Shown piece by piece: positions 12,498 to 25,647 of a DNA stretch of 64,000 nt (position 1 is the first letter of the stretch; the number at the start of each line of letters is the position of its first letter). Source of the stretch: Octopus sinensis (lineage: Eukaryota); assembly GCF_006345805.1 (NCBI RefSeq), contig NC_043013.1, forward strand, positions 46,872,001-46,936,000, in the 5' to 3' direction. The position numbers were made by a program, and so were the translations under genes. Under the pieces are notes generated by a model, which had not been told where the DNA came from, made no database searches, and saw only the letters and a program-made list of their open reading frames with translations.

Positions 12498-12812
12498 AAA
12501 ACAATTATACGGATAAACAAATTAGATACATTAAATATACTAAATTTAATAGTTTGGGTATGAAATATAAAATATATATATTTGTTTACATGTAAACAAG
12601 AGAAAGCAAAAGGTGGGGCATTACTATGTGTCGTCTACACGGAGAACCTATGGATCTCATCTGTGGACTACACACACATATAAAAAGAACATATGTTTAT
12701 ATAATTGTCTGCGTGTAGATTGTAGCTTAATCTTAAATGTAAATGTAAATGCTATTATATTTATTGTATTGTTCCATACCAGAATTCATGTGAGAGAGAG
12801 AGTGTGTGTGTA

Positions 12813-12876
<64 letters not shown>

Positions 12877-13585
12877 TGTGCTTAAATATTATGTTTCTTT
12901 TAAATGTAAAGGCTCAAAATGGCTCTCTCTGTTGAGTCTTGAGTTTTGTATGTCGTTGGATTTCAACCTCGATATTGCTACTCTCCTCAGTTTATTCGTA
13001 TCTCTATGCTATCATACCTTTTGCAAACGACTTTGATCCTACCCAGACAGGAATAAAATCATTTCTAAACCTCGCAATACAACACAAAAACACTTTCCTT
13101 GACAATAAATGTTTGAATGCAAAATTATTGGATCCTATCATCTCACCCACCGACTCGCTTATTTCTCTTTAATTCTCTTTTAAATCAGTTGATACAGAGT
13201 CTATACAGAAGCAAAAATCACAAATCACAACTTCCATTGAATGATTATTCTTCACCATCAGAATGGAAGAAAAGAAGGGGCGAGGAATACCCCCCTCCTC
13301 CATCACCTCAAAATAAAACTCGAAATAAAATCAGTTTTATTGTTGGCTTGAGGAAGTTTGTAAACGAAAGAAAATCAGTAGAAATAATCGGTATTTCTGT
13401 TGGTCTTTAAAACTGGTTCTAACAGAAGGTTGCGGCCTTACTGTTTTGAATTCGTTTAGTGTCTGCGATTGTTGCTTAAAACGCAATATTTTCTAGCCCC
13501 AAGTGACACTAAAAAATGAATAAAAAAGGAAATGCCTGGGAAATAATAATAATAGTTTCTTTCTGCCAAATATTGGCTTCTTTCT

Positions 13586-13656
13586 AAATAATAATAATAA
13601 TAATAATAATAATGATAATAATAATAATGATAATAATAATAATAATAATAATAATA

Positions 13657-13706
<50 letters not shown>

Positions 13707-13818
13707 CATAATAATAATAATAATAACAATAATAATAATCATGATGATAATAATAATAATAATGATAATGATAATAATAATAATAACAACAACAACAATA
13801 ATAATAATAATAATAATA

Positions 13819-13853
<35 letters not shown>

Positions 13854-13872
13854 AATAATAATAATAATAATA

Positions 13873-13903
<31 letters not shown>

Positions 13904-13950
13904 TGATGATAATAATAATGATTGTTATTATTATCATTATTATTATTACT
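13586..13950. repeat. Compound (AAT)n/(GAT)n microsatellite
   Basis: ~360 bp trinucleotide run; source of the poly-Ile ORFs. Confidence 0.95.
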
Positions 13951-14768
13951 ATTTGGGGCATTTTGAAAACATTACTCATAAAAATAATCAATATTTTGAA
14001 ACGTTGTGTAAGTGTATGTAGTATGTATGCATTTGTGAGTGTAAGTATGCGAATGTGTGAGTTTTGGGGGCCGCCATCATTCTTGTGTGTGCCTTTTGTT
14101 AAAGAGTAAGGCTGCGGTAGTAAGTGTAAAATTAGTATCTGTGTGGCACAGAGCGTTTGGACTTGCGTGTGTTTGATATTCAGAATTATTATGTGCATGT
14201 GTGCGTGTACGTGTGTGCATGTGTATGTATATGTGTGCATGTGTATGTGTGTGCGTGCGTGAGTATATGTGTGTGTGTGTATGTGTGTGTGTGAAGATAT
14301 TTGAACGGCAGAATAATAATTAATTTCTCTTCCGTCGATTTCTTGCTGTTGCCACTTCACTCAATTTCACGGCGCTAATTAATGCTACAGAGAAAGGCAT
14401 GAATGCCATAGTAACTCATTTTCATTGATTCATTATGTTGAGGCCTTTGTACCTAACTACAAAAAGACTAATGTTGGTCGTTAATGGTTATATTCTATAG
14501 CCTTTATAAATATAATAGTATTTGTTAATATCTTATAAATGTTGTGTATTATAAATATAATTTTTTCAAATTAGGTACTAATTAGTAAGCAACTTGCAAA
14601 CACACAGTTCATACTGATGTGCACACACAAACACACACACACACAACCACCATCTCCACCACCATCCTCACCACTCCGCCATCATAACACACATGTGACT
14701 GTACTCTTTCTCTGTCTTTCTTTCACAGTACACACAAACGCACCAACATGAAAACACACATAGCTAGT

Positions 14769-14799
<31 letters not shown>

Positions 14800-16570
14800 C
14801 ACACTCTCTTTCACACACACACAAACACACAAACGCGCACACAGCTAGTACACTAGCAACGAAACTAGTGAATAATACCCCTGTAATAGGAACTGAATAG
14901 TGTTGATGTAATTGATTAAGTCCCTGTGTCGTAAGGTGAATTGAGTTGTGGCGTTTCGATTATGGCCGGCTCTTCGTCGAAGGTTGATGTTAATGACCAG
15001 AGGTCATTTTAAGTTATAAAGTCTAGTGATTTACTTTTAATGGCGTGTTCTTTGGATGAAAGTAGTTAGTGTAGCGGAACGTCAGATCTGTTCTGGTGCA
15101 ACACAAGTTACAAATAGCTGTATAGAAATACTGAAGAATTTAACCGCTTTGATTCTCTTGACATTAAGGAGATTAGATGTAAATAAAATATTAATAAAAA
15201 TTCATCTCATATTCAGTGGGCCATTATTGTCTAATTGAGAGCATTAAATGAATATTGAAGTAATAAAACAGTATTCTAGTACATTATTTTATCTCTAGGG
15301 CACAAAGCGTGATCCAAGAAGTATTAAGAAATTAAAATTGTTGTTAATATTGCTATAAAGTGTTTAAGATGTATTTCAGTCGTGTGTTGGCTGAGCAATA
15401 GAATATAATAGGAATACACTTCTCGGAAATATCTAACCTTCGGGCCTACATGGTTTTCATTCTGTAACTGCGTACGATTTACATAGGTTTGCTATCTGAA
15501 AGCAGCAAGAGGATTTACAAATTTGGGACGTCTTCCTCTCTTGGTCACGTTAAAAAAAATTAATTTGAAATTAGATAAAATATCCCCTTCCTCTTGTCAT
15601 GACAGACTGCTTTTGTTAACGTTGTATTGATGTGAAACAAACATTCGCTTCCGGTATGAAGCAATCAGCCTATTATTGCATTACAAGCCAAGCTTTGTAT
15701 GAGTGTTATTTTCGAATTTGAAATCGTGATTAGAAAAATATAAAAAATAATCTAATTAAATTGAATCTTTTATTTTGTTCGTTGAACTGGTCTGTGAAAA
15801 GAGCATCAGTTTAACAAAGCAAAGAAGCAATAGTGGATGAGAAAGATCAGCGACTGACTTCGATGATACTTCTTGGAAATTTTACGAAAGGTTAGTAACT
15901 TTGGTGATGATGAGAGTATATATTTTTGATAAATGAGTTCGTTATTTTTATTTTAGCCGATAGTTTTGATGAATAAATTCAGCAGAAAAAAATAAAAATA
16001 AAACAGAAGCAACAACAGCAATAACAACAACAAAAAAGGCACAAAACTTCGAATTAGTAGAGGAACAAAAGCTAATAGCAATGACATTGGAAGTTGTCAA
16101 ATGCAACTCAATGAAACAAAAGGATTTGTTAAAAAGCGCTGCTCTTTATTTCTGTCACTTTCTTTCAGAATTGTTTCTTTTGATAATCTTACAAAGGTAT
16201 GCTTTTGCTGGGTAATTATATAGCTTTTATGATTAATTATTACAACTTAAAGTCATTTATCTGTAAAGGAAGTTGATTTTGTAACGATTTTTAGCATTTA
16301 GTTTTTTTCCCGAACGAAATCATTACAAATAAGCAAATCAACAATAGTTTTCGAGAATAAAATGCTTTACATTTTGTAACGATTTTATTAGAATTCTCAA
16401 GTTTATTTTCAATCAGCTTTACAAAAGTAATTTTATTCTTAAATTACGGGTGTGAAAATGTAATTATTGATAAGAAGAAGGTTACAGCGTGCAGATTAGT
16501 TAATTTAGAAGTGTAAGAACATTTCCATAGCTGAAAATACATTAAAAATTCAACGGTATTCATAAATACT

Positions 16571-16767
16571 GATTTCAAATTTTGGCACAAGGACAGCAAT
16601 TTCGGGAGGGTGTGTAAGTCGATTGAACCGACCTTAGTGCTTAACTGGTAGTTATTTTATCGACCTTGAAATGATGAAAGGTGAAGTCAAACCCAGAGTG
16701 TAAAGACAGACGAGAGTTCACTAACCATTTTGCGTAGCGTGTTAACGACTCTGCCAGCTCACCGCTT
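16571..16767 (-). mobile_element. Meta/MESC-like SINE (tail 1), diverged
   Basis: Family head, core and ...GTGCCAAAATTTGAAATC tail. Confidence 0.8.
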
Positions 16768-17109
16768 GAATATCCATAAACATAACAAAGTTAGAAATGA
16801 CGTACAAACATAGATACTCGTAATTCCACAATACACAGCATATTTTTTTCATATCAGAGGCTTAGATAGATAGAGTCGATTAGATCAATACCTCTATTTT
16901 AATGATCCTTGTTTTGACTAATTTCTAACTGATGAAACATTGAATTGTCTTCGGCAAAATTTCAGAATTAAGGGAACATAACAAAAGAGTTCAATGCGTA
17001 ATTAATAAACCACTGATTTCATCACCCATCATCTTAGCACTGCAACTGCTGTTGCCGAAACCATCATCATCATCATCATCATCACCACCACCACCACCAC
17101 CAATACCAC

Positions 17110-18800
17110 CAATATTTTCTCGGGTGAGACTAGCCACCCCGCTCACCACATCTTCCCAGTTCTTCTCCGCCTGATCCAAACCAAACCCCGAACAATTGAA
17201 TTCATCCATCCGAACAATTTAATTGGTCCATCTGTCCAGTGATCCCTATCGCCGTTTGGATGGTATGAACCTGCGTGTCTAGGTTGCCAAGCTGCAAGCC
17301 TAACCACTTCTGTCTAATATTTGCTCCGGTCACCACCTCGTATTTCCTTAGAGTAATGTCGATTACCTCGCTGAGTTTACTACCCGACAATGTTACGGTA
17401 ACGTCGTCCACATCTGCAAACGTAGATTTCCCGCCTCCTAGTGTTCGCCAGATGCCTCTCGAAACCCTCAACTTCAGCCATGGATGCTCGTAACGTCAGT
17501 ACGTTAAGAAGGGTAGAATGGAGCATAGTTGACGAGTCGATTGCATTATACTTGACGGAAACGACATGTTGCTATTCACTCTGATCAACCAGCAAAAGTC
17601 ACTGTATATTGCAGCTATCCAGCTTCTGAAAGCTGGTCTGAAGCCAGCTGTGTTTAGGACAGCCTCTAAGTATTGATCTAGAGCAAGGGCTTTCAGACTG
17701 CTTTAAAATTATCAGTTTACCACTCATTTCAGGTTCCTTACCCACCATTTCTAAGATCTGTCGCATGAGGTTGACGAGTATAGATCTGTTTGGTATTGTA
17801 CATATCTGTGTTCCACCTAACAGGGCATCAACGTCTAGCACCAGCCTTTTAGCTAATACCCTGGCCAAAATCAACTATATTTAGGAACTTGAATTACGAA
17901 CCTATAGTTGCTGAGATAATCTCTAGTTTTGGGGTCTGTTTTCAACAGCACCCCCATAACTGTTTTCGTGCCTAGCGTTGAGTTAGTAAGAGCCAATCTT
18001 TCCACTAAAAACGTCAGTTGCAGTGCCTTTCCTAGATCACTAACCCGCAGCTTCTTCACTGCCCTTTCGCTACTCTTTCGCTACTCTTTCGCTTCTATAT
18101 CATTATTGCCATCGTCGACACCCTCTTAACTTGTTCTCAAACGCGTTCTTTGTAAGCTTGGCACGTTGGGAAAGATGCGTTTAGTTTTCTGTAATTGGGT
18201 TCCTGTCTATGCAGCCTATCTTTGTCTCGAAATTCTAGTCTGCCTTGACAGCCACTTTGTCTTGAACTTGTGGCTTGTGCTGCTATTCCTATCTTCTGGT
18301 CAACACAGCTATCTATGTTGATGTGCTCTGAATGACCGATACTCTTTGCTCATGTCCACATAGGTGCATTCGGTAAATGCGGTCAGTTCTTGTCAAACAG
18401 TTTCAAAACGACTGAGTAGGCTTGCGCGGCTTTTACACTTCACTCTCCGATCAGTGAGCCCCACACAATCATGACGCATATCCAAGAAGGTATTCTAATA
18501 GCTTACAAACACTAAAGAGTAGAATGTTTCCACGAAAATCTCCAGTTACCTCAAGAAATCTGGCTAACCCATCCGGAAATATGCAGTGACAAGTCAAAAG
18601 GCACCATCTTCGCTATTTTTCAAGTCCAGAACCAACAGCTTACGGTCCGGGTCCAGGAAGACCGACTGTAGCTCGAGGTACAGGTCTCTGCAAAAGTGCA
18701 GCTCCACAACATCTCAACATAGTAACATGAGATCACTGAGCAAGTGAGCTTGCCTGCTGAGTGAACCCAGGCCATATGCATTTATACACCCCACTCTTAG
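17110..18800 (-). pseudogene. Decayed Tx1/L1-clade LINE ORF2 (endonuclease + RT remnants)
   Basis: Frames give LDPDRKLLVLDL..GAF*LVTAY (APE), ILARVLAKRL..TQICTIPNRSI..NLMRQILE (RT), DVDDVTVTLS..LRKYEVVTGANI (YADD region) and GFGLDQAEKNWEDV; many disablements. Confidence 0.85.
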
Positions 18801-19249
18801 AGCTGCTATGATGGTAGAAGGAGATAAACAACGAGGTACTCACCCATTTGTTGGTTCCTATTGACAGCATGTTTCAAACTCTATGAAAATGTGAGGTTCA
18901 TTTCGGAAGTATATTAGGAACCTAATACCAGCCCTTGCTCTAGGGATTCCTATGTCATTGTTTTGAAGTCTCCAAGTTCAGCCTTAATTCTGAAGACCTC
19001 TCCCACTGTTTCAATATTTTCTTTTTGTGCGATAAAGGACATCAGTTTTTGATTCGTGCTCCTTCGCCCAAAATTAAGGGCGAGTATGTTTTGTTGATAT
19101 TTTTTGTTTATCTGTTTGTCGGTTGATGCTGTATGTATTTTCTTTTGGTTTGGGTGGATGAAGATGCTGGTGGAAGTAAAGTTGTGGATTTACTAGTTTT
19201 CGGTGTGAGTGTTGTTTTGGTGATGCTGTCGGGATTGTATAGTTCAATT

Positions 19250-19287
<38 letters not shown>

Positions 19288-19799
19288 AGAGAGCGTGTGT
19301 GTGTGTGTGTGATTTAAAAATTATTATTGTGTTCTTTAAAACTAGTTTCTTTGTGATCCTGCCCGCAAGATGAGATTTCCATGTCGAAAAGATCCGATGA
19401 TGGTTAGGGTGCATATGTCTCCGTATGTGTCCATATTTGCGTTTGTGTTGTTTGAATGAAAAGATAGAAAAGAAAAGCCAGAAACAAGGAATTAAGGGGA
19501 TTTTCGTGGATGGCGGGTTTGGGTTCTGCTGTTGTTGGTGTCATTGTTGTTCTTGTTTGTTTCGCTGTTGTTAGTGGTGTTGGTGCAGCTGCCCTAATTC
19601 TTGCCATAGCTGCAACTGCAGTCGTTTGTCTTTGCTGCTGCAGTTGCTACTGTTGTTGGTGTTCGTGCTGCTGCTGTTTTTCTTGTTCTTTGCTGCTGCT
19701 GCTACTGCTACTGCCGCTGCTGTTACTGTTGTACGCTGGTGTTGTCGGAGTTGAGTCGGCAGTAGCAGGACATCTTCTTCCTTATTTTAGTGAGAACCA

Positions 19800-20120
19800 C
19801 CACCACTTCAGTTACCTTTAGCACGACAGATGTGTCATTAGGACTTCCCGCCACCAACCACAACACAATGATCCACTGTTCTGGACAAGTTGATGGGGTT
19901 TGGAATCTTTTCTACCTCATCCGGTTTAATCTGGACGTAGATTTCCAATCTCTCCTCAATCCCAAACTCCCTCTCTGTCCGTTTCCACGCCGAGGTGGAT
20001 GTGGCATACAGTGATGTTTTTGGCATACAGTGATATCACAAGCAATGATTTTCCAAATATCCAACGAATAGATGGGAAGTTCCCTGTCCTGAATTATCTT
20101 CACCATTTCCATTCTCTTAT
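19800..20120 (-). pseudogene. Probable ORF1 (gag-like) remnant of the same Tx1/L1 element
   Basis: VVVGGGKS**HICRAKGN resembles a decayed V-EGR-P-CX2CX4H zinc knuckle; same strand and upstream of the ORF2 remnant. Confidence 0.55.
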
Positions 20121-23100
20121 AATAGTTTCCTGACATGGGCATAATGGTACACATTTTTGGAATAAGGAAAGCGGTGTGCTAGTATTTATCTGCGGAACGT
20201 AGAAAGACGTAGTCAAACTCGATGGGATTTGAACTCTGAGCATAAAATCTCTCGGTTACACACACTGTTTATTACAGTTCTTTTGTCCACCAATCATCTT
20301 ACCAACTAACAATTTTAAAGTGAAAGCAAAATGAAAGATCTCTCTATTCTGATATGCCTTAAACAGAAAAGAAAATGTTTTAAAAATAATATCAATAATC
20401 TTTTAATGACTGTACAGGAAAATTCCAATTAGCTACACTACAAGTATATTGATTGCTTAAAACGTATGGAATATATGCATTTTAATTAATATGTATTGGT
20501 ATATTTTGATTAACATTTGAAGTACTCAATTCAGTGAATAATTTAGAATTCTGTCGTGTTATTTCAAATATGTCGACTTGAAATTTATAGTCGTCTGACT
20601 GGAAATTGTAGATGATTTGTAACGTAATTTAAGATGATACACAATTTGGAATTCGACCATACGAGCGATTTCTCTCTCTTTTTTTTTTCGTCTTAATTAT
20701 CCAAGTCAACTCTAAATTTATATACTCACGCACATACATACGTATGCACATGATTATATACATAGATTTGAGTATGTGCATGCGTGGGGCTGGTTACAAC
20801 CTAGGGAAATGTTACTCGCTATATATAGTGAGTCGACATGTGTAATAAAAGCTTATGATTGGCTCCGATTTAACTCAGCGTTCCTGGCGACGTACGATCG
20901 TTCAGGCGACACTCTTTTAATTCACATTGTGTTGCGTATAAAATATAAATTGTTTAATAAATTCACAAATATGTAAATAAACCATCTACTTCTATAATAG
21001 CTTCATTCCTGACGGTTTTATTTAGAATCTGGTCGTTCTATATTATCGAACTCAGAAGGAACGGGTTATGTCTCCTCCGACGAGCAGTCAACAAACTACA
21101 GACTGGTCCGATAGGAGTTATACTTCTTTACTTCCACATGTATAAAACACAGAAGGAATATATCTACATTCTTATTGTTTCTCATCACACTGAAGGCTTT
21201 CTTGTATTCAAAATTATTTCATGCACCTGGGCTGATGTTTGTGTGAGTGAGTAAGTTTGAACATGCATGAATTTTGAGTGAACACATACGCACACATTTA
21301 CACAAGCAAGCATAACAGCGTGCACACATGTATGAGCATGAATACTGACATATATGAATATATGTATGTTTTATGTATGCATGCCTGCATGTATTTCCAT
21401 ATGTATAAACATTGATAAATACATAATGAAAAACAGAAAAAAATGCGATAAAACAGCGATATGAAAGGATAACAAATAAATAAATGAATAAAAATAACCG
21501 GAGGAATATCCAAGAAGAGAAACGAGGTAGACAGGTGTGAAACCACAGAGGGAAATGAAAGATGAAGGTAGAAGGGGAAGAGGGATAAAGAGGATGTAGA
21601 AGTATTTAATGATACACAGGATGAGCCAGATCAATTGATCGAATCCTTGAATGGCAACATTGATAAAGAATATTTCTGCTGTGATCTGTGGTCGTTGATA
21701 TTTGTTAGTTGGATTATTGGAAGCGTAGAGCCCGGAGGTGAGTTTTGTAACTCCAGAATAACCGAACGTCTTCAGTTATGTGCTGTGATCAACTACGGTC
21801 GCTCACTTCAATTAGGCAGTCATATCATAACACCTGATGCCAGATACTGAAGTGATTATCACCATGGCAACTAGAAATATCCAAACGTGTCCATCTACTT
21901 GACCTCAACATTTAACTAAATGTAGTTCAGAAAAGAAGTGGTTGACTAAGTCCACCCATCATTGATAACAGCCAGGAGGAAGCAGATATAACTAGATTTG
22001 ATACGATAGAGAGGAAAACATTCTGATTAGCTTTGACAAGGCATGTAGTCAATTTCTATCGTAAAGGACTATATTTGGAGTGACCAAGCTAAGTAGTGGT
22101 TCTGTTTATCATCGATCAACTGTAAGACTTTGAAAATGCTGCAGGGAACCAGACAATAATTGGATGGGTCAGAAATACTTTATATACAGAATATCGGAAA
22201 GCAGAATCTCCCCAAGGCAAGGTTGAATAGTTTGGGAAAAGGTGAATTCTGAACCTTGATTCAACAAGCAGTATTATTAGTAACGTTGATTTTAAACAAA
22301 AGTAAGGTTGAATTGATTTCCATGTATGATGTTATTCTATATAGTATTTGCGACTAAGTAGTGATTATTTGGCCGGGGGAGAACATTAAGAAATATTCAG
22401 ATAAAGGAAGAAAAGAAAAAGTATTGTTATATCTGGAACATTTTGGCGCTGAGAAGGAGGAGAAAAAAGTCTCTGGAGATGTAACTGCGTCGCGTGATTT
22501 ACATTGTTCTGCTTGAAGACTTTCTCAAGTTATTTGGTTAGTGCTACAGAAAGGTCATACATCACAGGAGTGAGAAAGAGGACGACAAGATTCGAAGAAT
22601 TTCTTTGTGGAATTTAACGCTATATTATGGATGCGAAAGCAGACCCTGCAGCAAGGCTGTAAAACCATCAACATAAAAATAGGTTAGAATCTTTAAAGAT
22701 TAGTGAGAGAAAAGATTTATTGAAGCCATTGTGGATACGATCGTTGGTTGTAGTCAGAATATATTTTTACCATGAATGACCGCACCAAATTCTAAAACAA
22801 TTTAGGTGTTGGAGTAAATTGCATATTACTAGTTACTGACATAAATATACGTGAACAAATAAGCCAAAATAGATCTTCACTGGACGCGTCTTCATATCGA
22901 TTGCAAATATTCTGTTGCTTCTTAGATATATGCAGAAAAGACAAAGGAGATTTATTTTAAAATCAAACACAGTAGTTTTGGTGTACTACTTTTATAGTAA
23001 GAAATGATGGATGTTTCGGCTCAGTTCACAAATGTCTCTGTTGATATGTTAATGATTTCTTCTTTTGTTTTTGTTTTTGTTTTTGTTTTGCATCGTACAT

Positions 23101-23644
23101 TTGGGGGCCGTTAAAAATAGTAAATTATCAGTTTTCTGCTTTTAAGTCAATAAACCACAAGTTCAAATGTAGTTTTTTTCTTATTTCCAGTTTTAAGGGA
23201 ATAATCTGCTTACATTGCTTACCTATGATTAAATAATCAAAAGTAAAAAAAAAACAAAAACAAAACACAAACAAGTACAACTGGCAGTGAAATGCTAGAG
23301 TTGTTGGTGCATTGAACAGATTGGTTTTATGGTCTCGGGGTTTAATCTTTGCACTCTGAAGTTAAATCCCATCGTAGCTTGTATGTGTTGTAGAGTTAAT
23401 CTGTCACCTGCTTAAACTCCTCCACCTGGTCTTGAGGTACCTTTAGCAGAGTACACTCTGCTGCAAACATTCAGATCAGGTTTTTGACTTGAGGCAACAA
23501 AGTACCATGGGTACCCTTTCATCTTGACGAAGAGATAAAAACGAAACAGTTGATGTGACTATGGTTTTTGTGCTGTCGATTGACCTGGCATAAGACATTT
23601 AATATATTATTTCGTACTCCACACTTATGGACTAAAACTGGCAT

Positions 23645-23892
23645 TACGTTAGTTGCGACGAAGGTTCAAGTTGATCCGATCAACAGAACAGGCTGTTTAT
23701 GAAATTAACGTGCAAGTAGCTGAGCACTTCACAAACACATGCACCCTTAACGTAGTTCTCAGGGAGATTAAGCGTGATACAGAGGGTGACAAGGCTGGCT
23801 CTTTGAAATACAGATACTACCAATTTTTGCCAGCTGAGTGGACTGGAGCAACATGGAATAAAACGTTTTGCTCAAGAACACAACGCGTCGCT
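23645..23892 (-). mobile_element. SINE: CORE-like centre joined to tail A
   Basis: Tail matches the 31533/35598/45485/60043 copies, but the upstream part reads GTTGTGTTCTTGAGCAAAAC...GCTCCAGTCCACTCAGCTGGC instead of their head. Confidence 0.8.
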
Positions 23893-24413
23893 CTTTGAAT
23901 TTCTGTTTCTTCTTCCAATTATGAAAATAACTTCAATATTTTTACTTACACGAATTTGTTACGGAGCTGAAAATATTTGAAGTCAACGACTTTACTGAAG
24001 TTTTCTTTTAAATACTACGGTGAATTATGATACTATTGTCCTCTTACACAATCTGTATAAAGCATTAATATCTGCAATTTTTAATGAAGCTGTTGGTCAA
24101 CTAAAATTTACACGAAATTCTACATGTATGAGTGTATATGTGTGTGTGAGTGTGGGTATGTATACGAATTAGTGGACAAACAAAAGAAAGTGACACTCAA
24201 TACATTTAGTCGGAGTTACAATACATATTTTAATAATATATTATTTAATAATAATTTGATTCCGTTGCATAAAAGTGAAAGTGTCGTTGGCTCGCTAGAG
24301 GAATCTAGCTCGTCAGCATCAGGCGGTCGAAGTCTGACGATCTAGATTCGTTCGCCGAGCCTACGAATCAACAACAACAGCAGCAACAATAACAACAGCA
24401 GCAGCACCAGCAG

Positions 24414-24795
24414 TGGAGGCGCAATGGCTCGATGGTTAGGGCAGCGGACTCGCGGTCGGAGGATCGCGGTTTCGATTCCCAGACCGGGCGTTGTGTGCGT
24501 TTATTGAGCGAAAACACCTAAAGCTCCACGAAGCTCCGGCAGGGGGTAGTGGCGACCCCTGTTGTACTCTTTCGCCCAAACTTTCTCTCACTCTTTCTTC
24601 TTGTTTCTTATCCCCGACTTCCCACGCAACTGCTGAGCCTAGATGCGCATTCATCCATCCGTCGATGCTCTCGGTGTCGGGGGTTGACCTGCTTTCTCTT
24701 CTGCGGGTCTTACGAATAGCAAAGGACCACGTTTCGGACTTCTCCCACTACAGAGGCGCGACCTTGCGAGGTCTGGGACGAAGACCGCTTCGCTC
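24414..24795 (+). mobile_element. tRNA-derived SINE, head 1 + tail B
   Basis: tRNA-like head with A box (TGGCTCGATGG) and B box (GGTTTCGATTCCC); diverges from tail-A copies after ..TGTTTCT (~24608); flanked by CAG/CAA repeats. Confidence 0.9.
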
Positions 24796-25087
24796 AACAG
24801 CAACAGCAGCAGCAGCACCAGTAACAATAATTATAATAATAACAACAATAATAACGATGATAAATTTATATATACACACGCAATTATATATATCTATCTA
24901 TATATATATATACAACACATATATATATATGTATGTATATATATAAACATATGTATATATATATATATATATATATATGTTTATACATATATATACATAC
25001 ATATATATATAAATATAATATATATATCTATAAAATATGATATAATATATATATATATATATATATATACATGCATATATGGGTTCA

Positions 25088-25476
25088 GGACATCACTAAC
25101 GGTGCAAATAACATAGAATACGTAAACAAATGAGGGAAAACGAGTGAAATATGTGAACAACGAGAAAAAATGGAAAACAGGACAAGTAAACACAGAAAAT
25201 ACCCTTCATCTGTTGTCGGTTGTCTATCTACTGCTCATTTCGTACATTCAACAATAGTATGTTCTTTTTGTTCCCAACTTTGACTCTCCATGAATCCTAA
25301 ACTTTATTTTAGAATTCATGAGAGCAACTGTTTTTGAAGACTCATATTGTCATTGAACGCCCTAAATGAGGGGGAGATAGACAGCCGACCACCGATGAAG
25401 AGTCCTTTCTCTCTGTTAACTTGTCCTGTTTTCCCATTGTTTACATATTTCGTGTTCTTTGTACCGTTGGTGACGA

Positions 25477-25478
<2 letters not shown>
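25088..25478. mobile_element. Fold-back (inverted-repeat) element in (TA)n
   Basis: 25088-25257 is a diverged reverse complement of 25345-25478; central hairpin CTCTCCATGAATCCTAAA/TTTAGAATTCATGAGAG at 25284-25324. Confidence 0.75.
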
Positions 25479-25511
<33 letters not shown>

Positions 25512-25559
25512 TATGTCATTATTTATTTAACATTTAACTGACGCGAAGCATCCATTTCC

Positions 25560-25612
<53 letters not shown>

Positions 25613-25647
25613 TATATATATATATATATTATATATATATTATATAT

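Noticed and set aside
13584-14360. 258-aa poly-Ile ORF, and poly-His/Pro/Val ORFs at 57957-58604
   Set aside because: Trinucleotide microsatellites open in several frames; no domain or splice support.
14945-14985. Minus-strand GACGAAGA..UCGAAACG hammerhead-like words
   Set aside because: Core damaged and no stem I or II pairing.
21690-22340. Possible decayed retroelement ORF
   Set aside because: Composition is suggestive but I could not recover any diagnostic motif.
24225-24360. GC-richer minus-strand candidate terminal exon
   Set aside because: All frames after the putative acceptor stop quickly, and no partner exons or homology were recognised.
24414-24490. tRNA-like sequence with A/B boxes (also in five other copies)
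   Set aside because: SINE heads continuing into a repeated body; no clean acceptor stem or terminator, so not tRNA genes.
24491-24946. Recurrent ORF motif FIERKHLKLH..GDPCCTLS
   Set aside because: Translation of the SINE head; reading frames diverge between copies.
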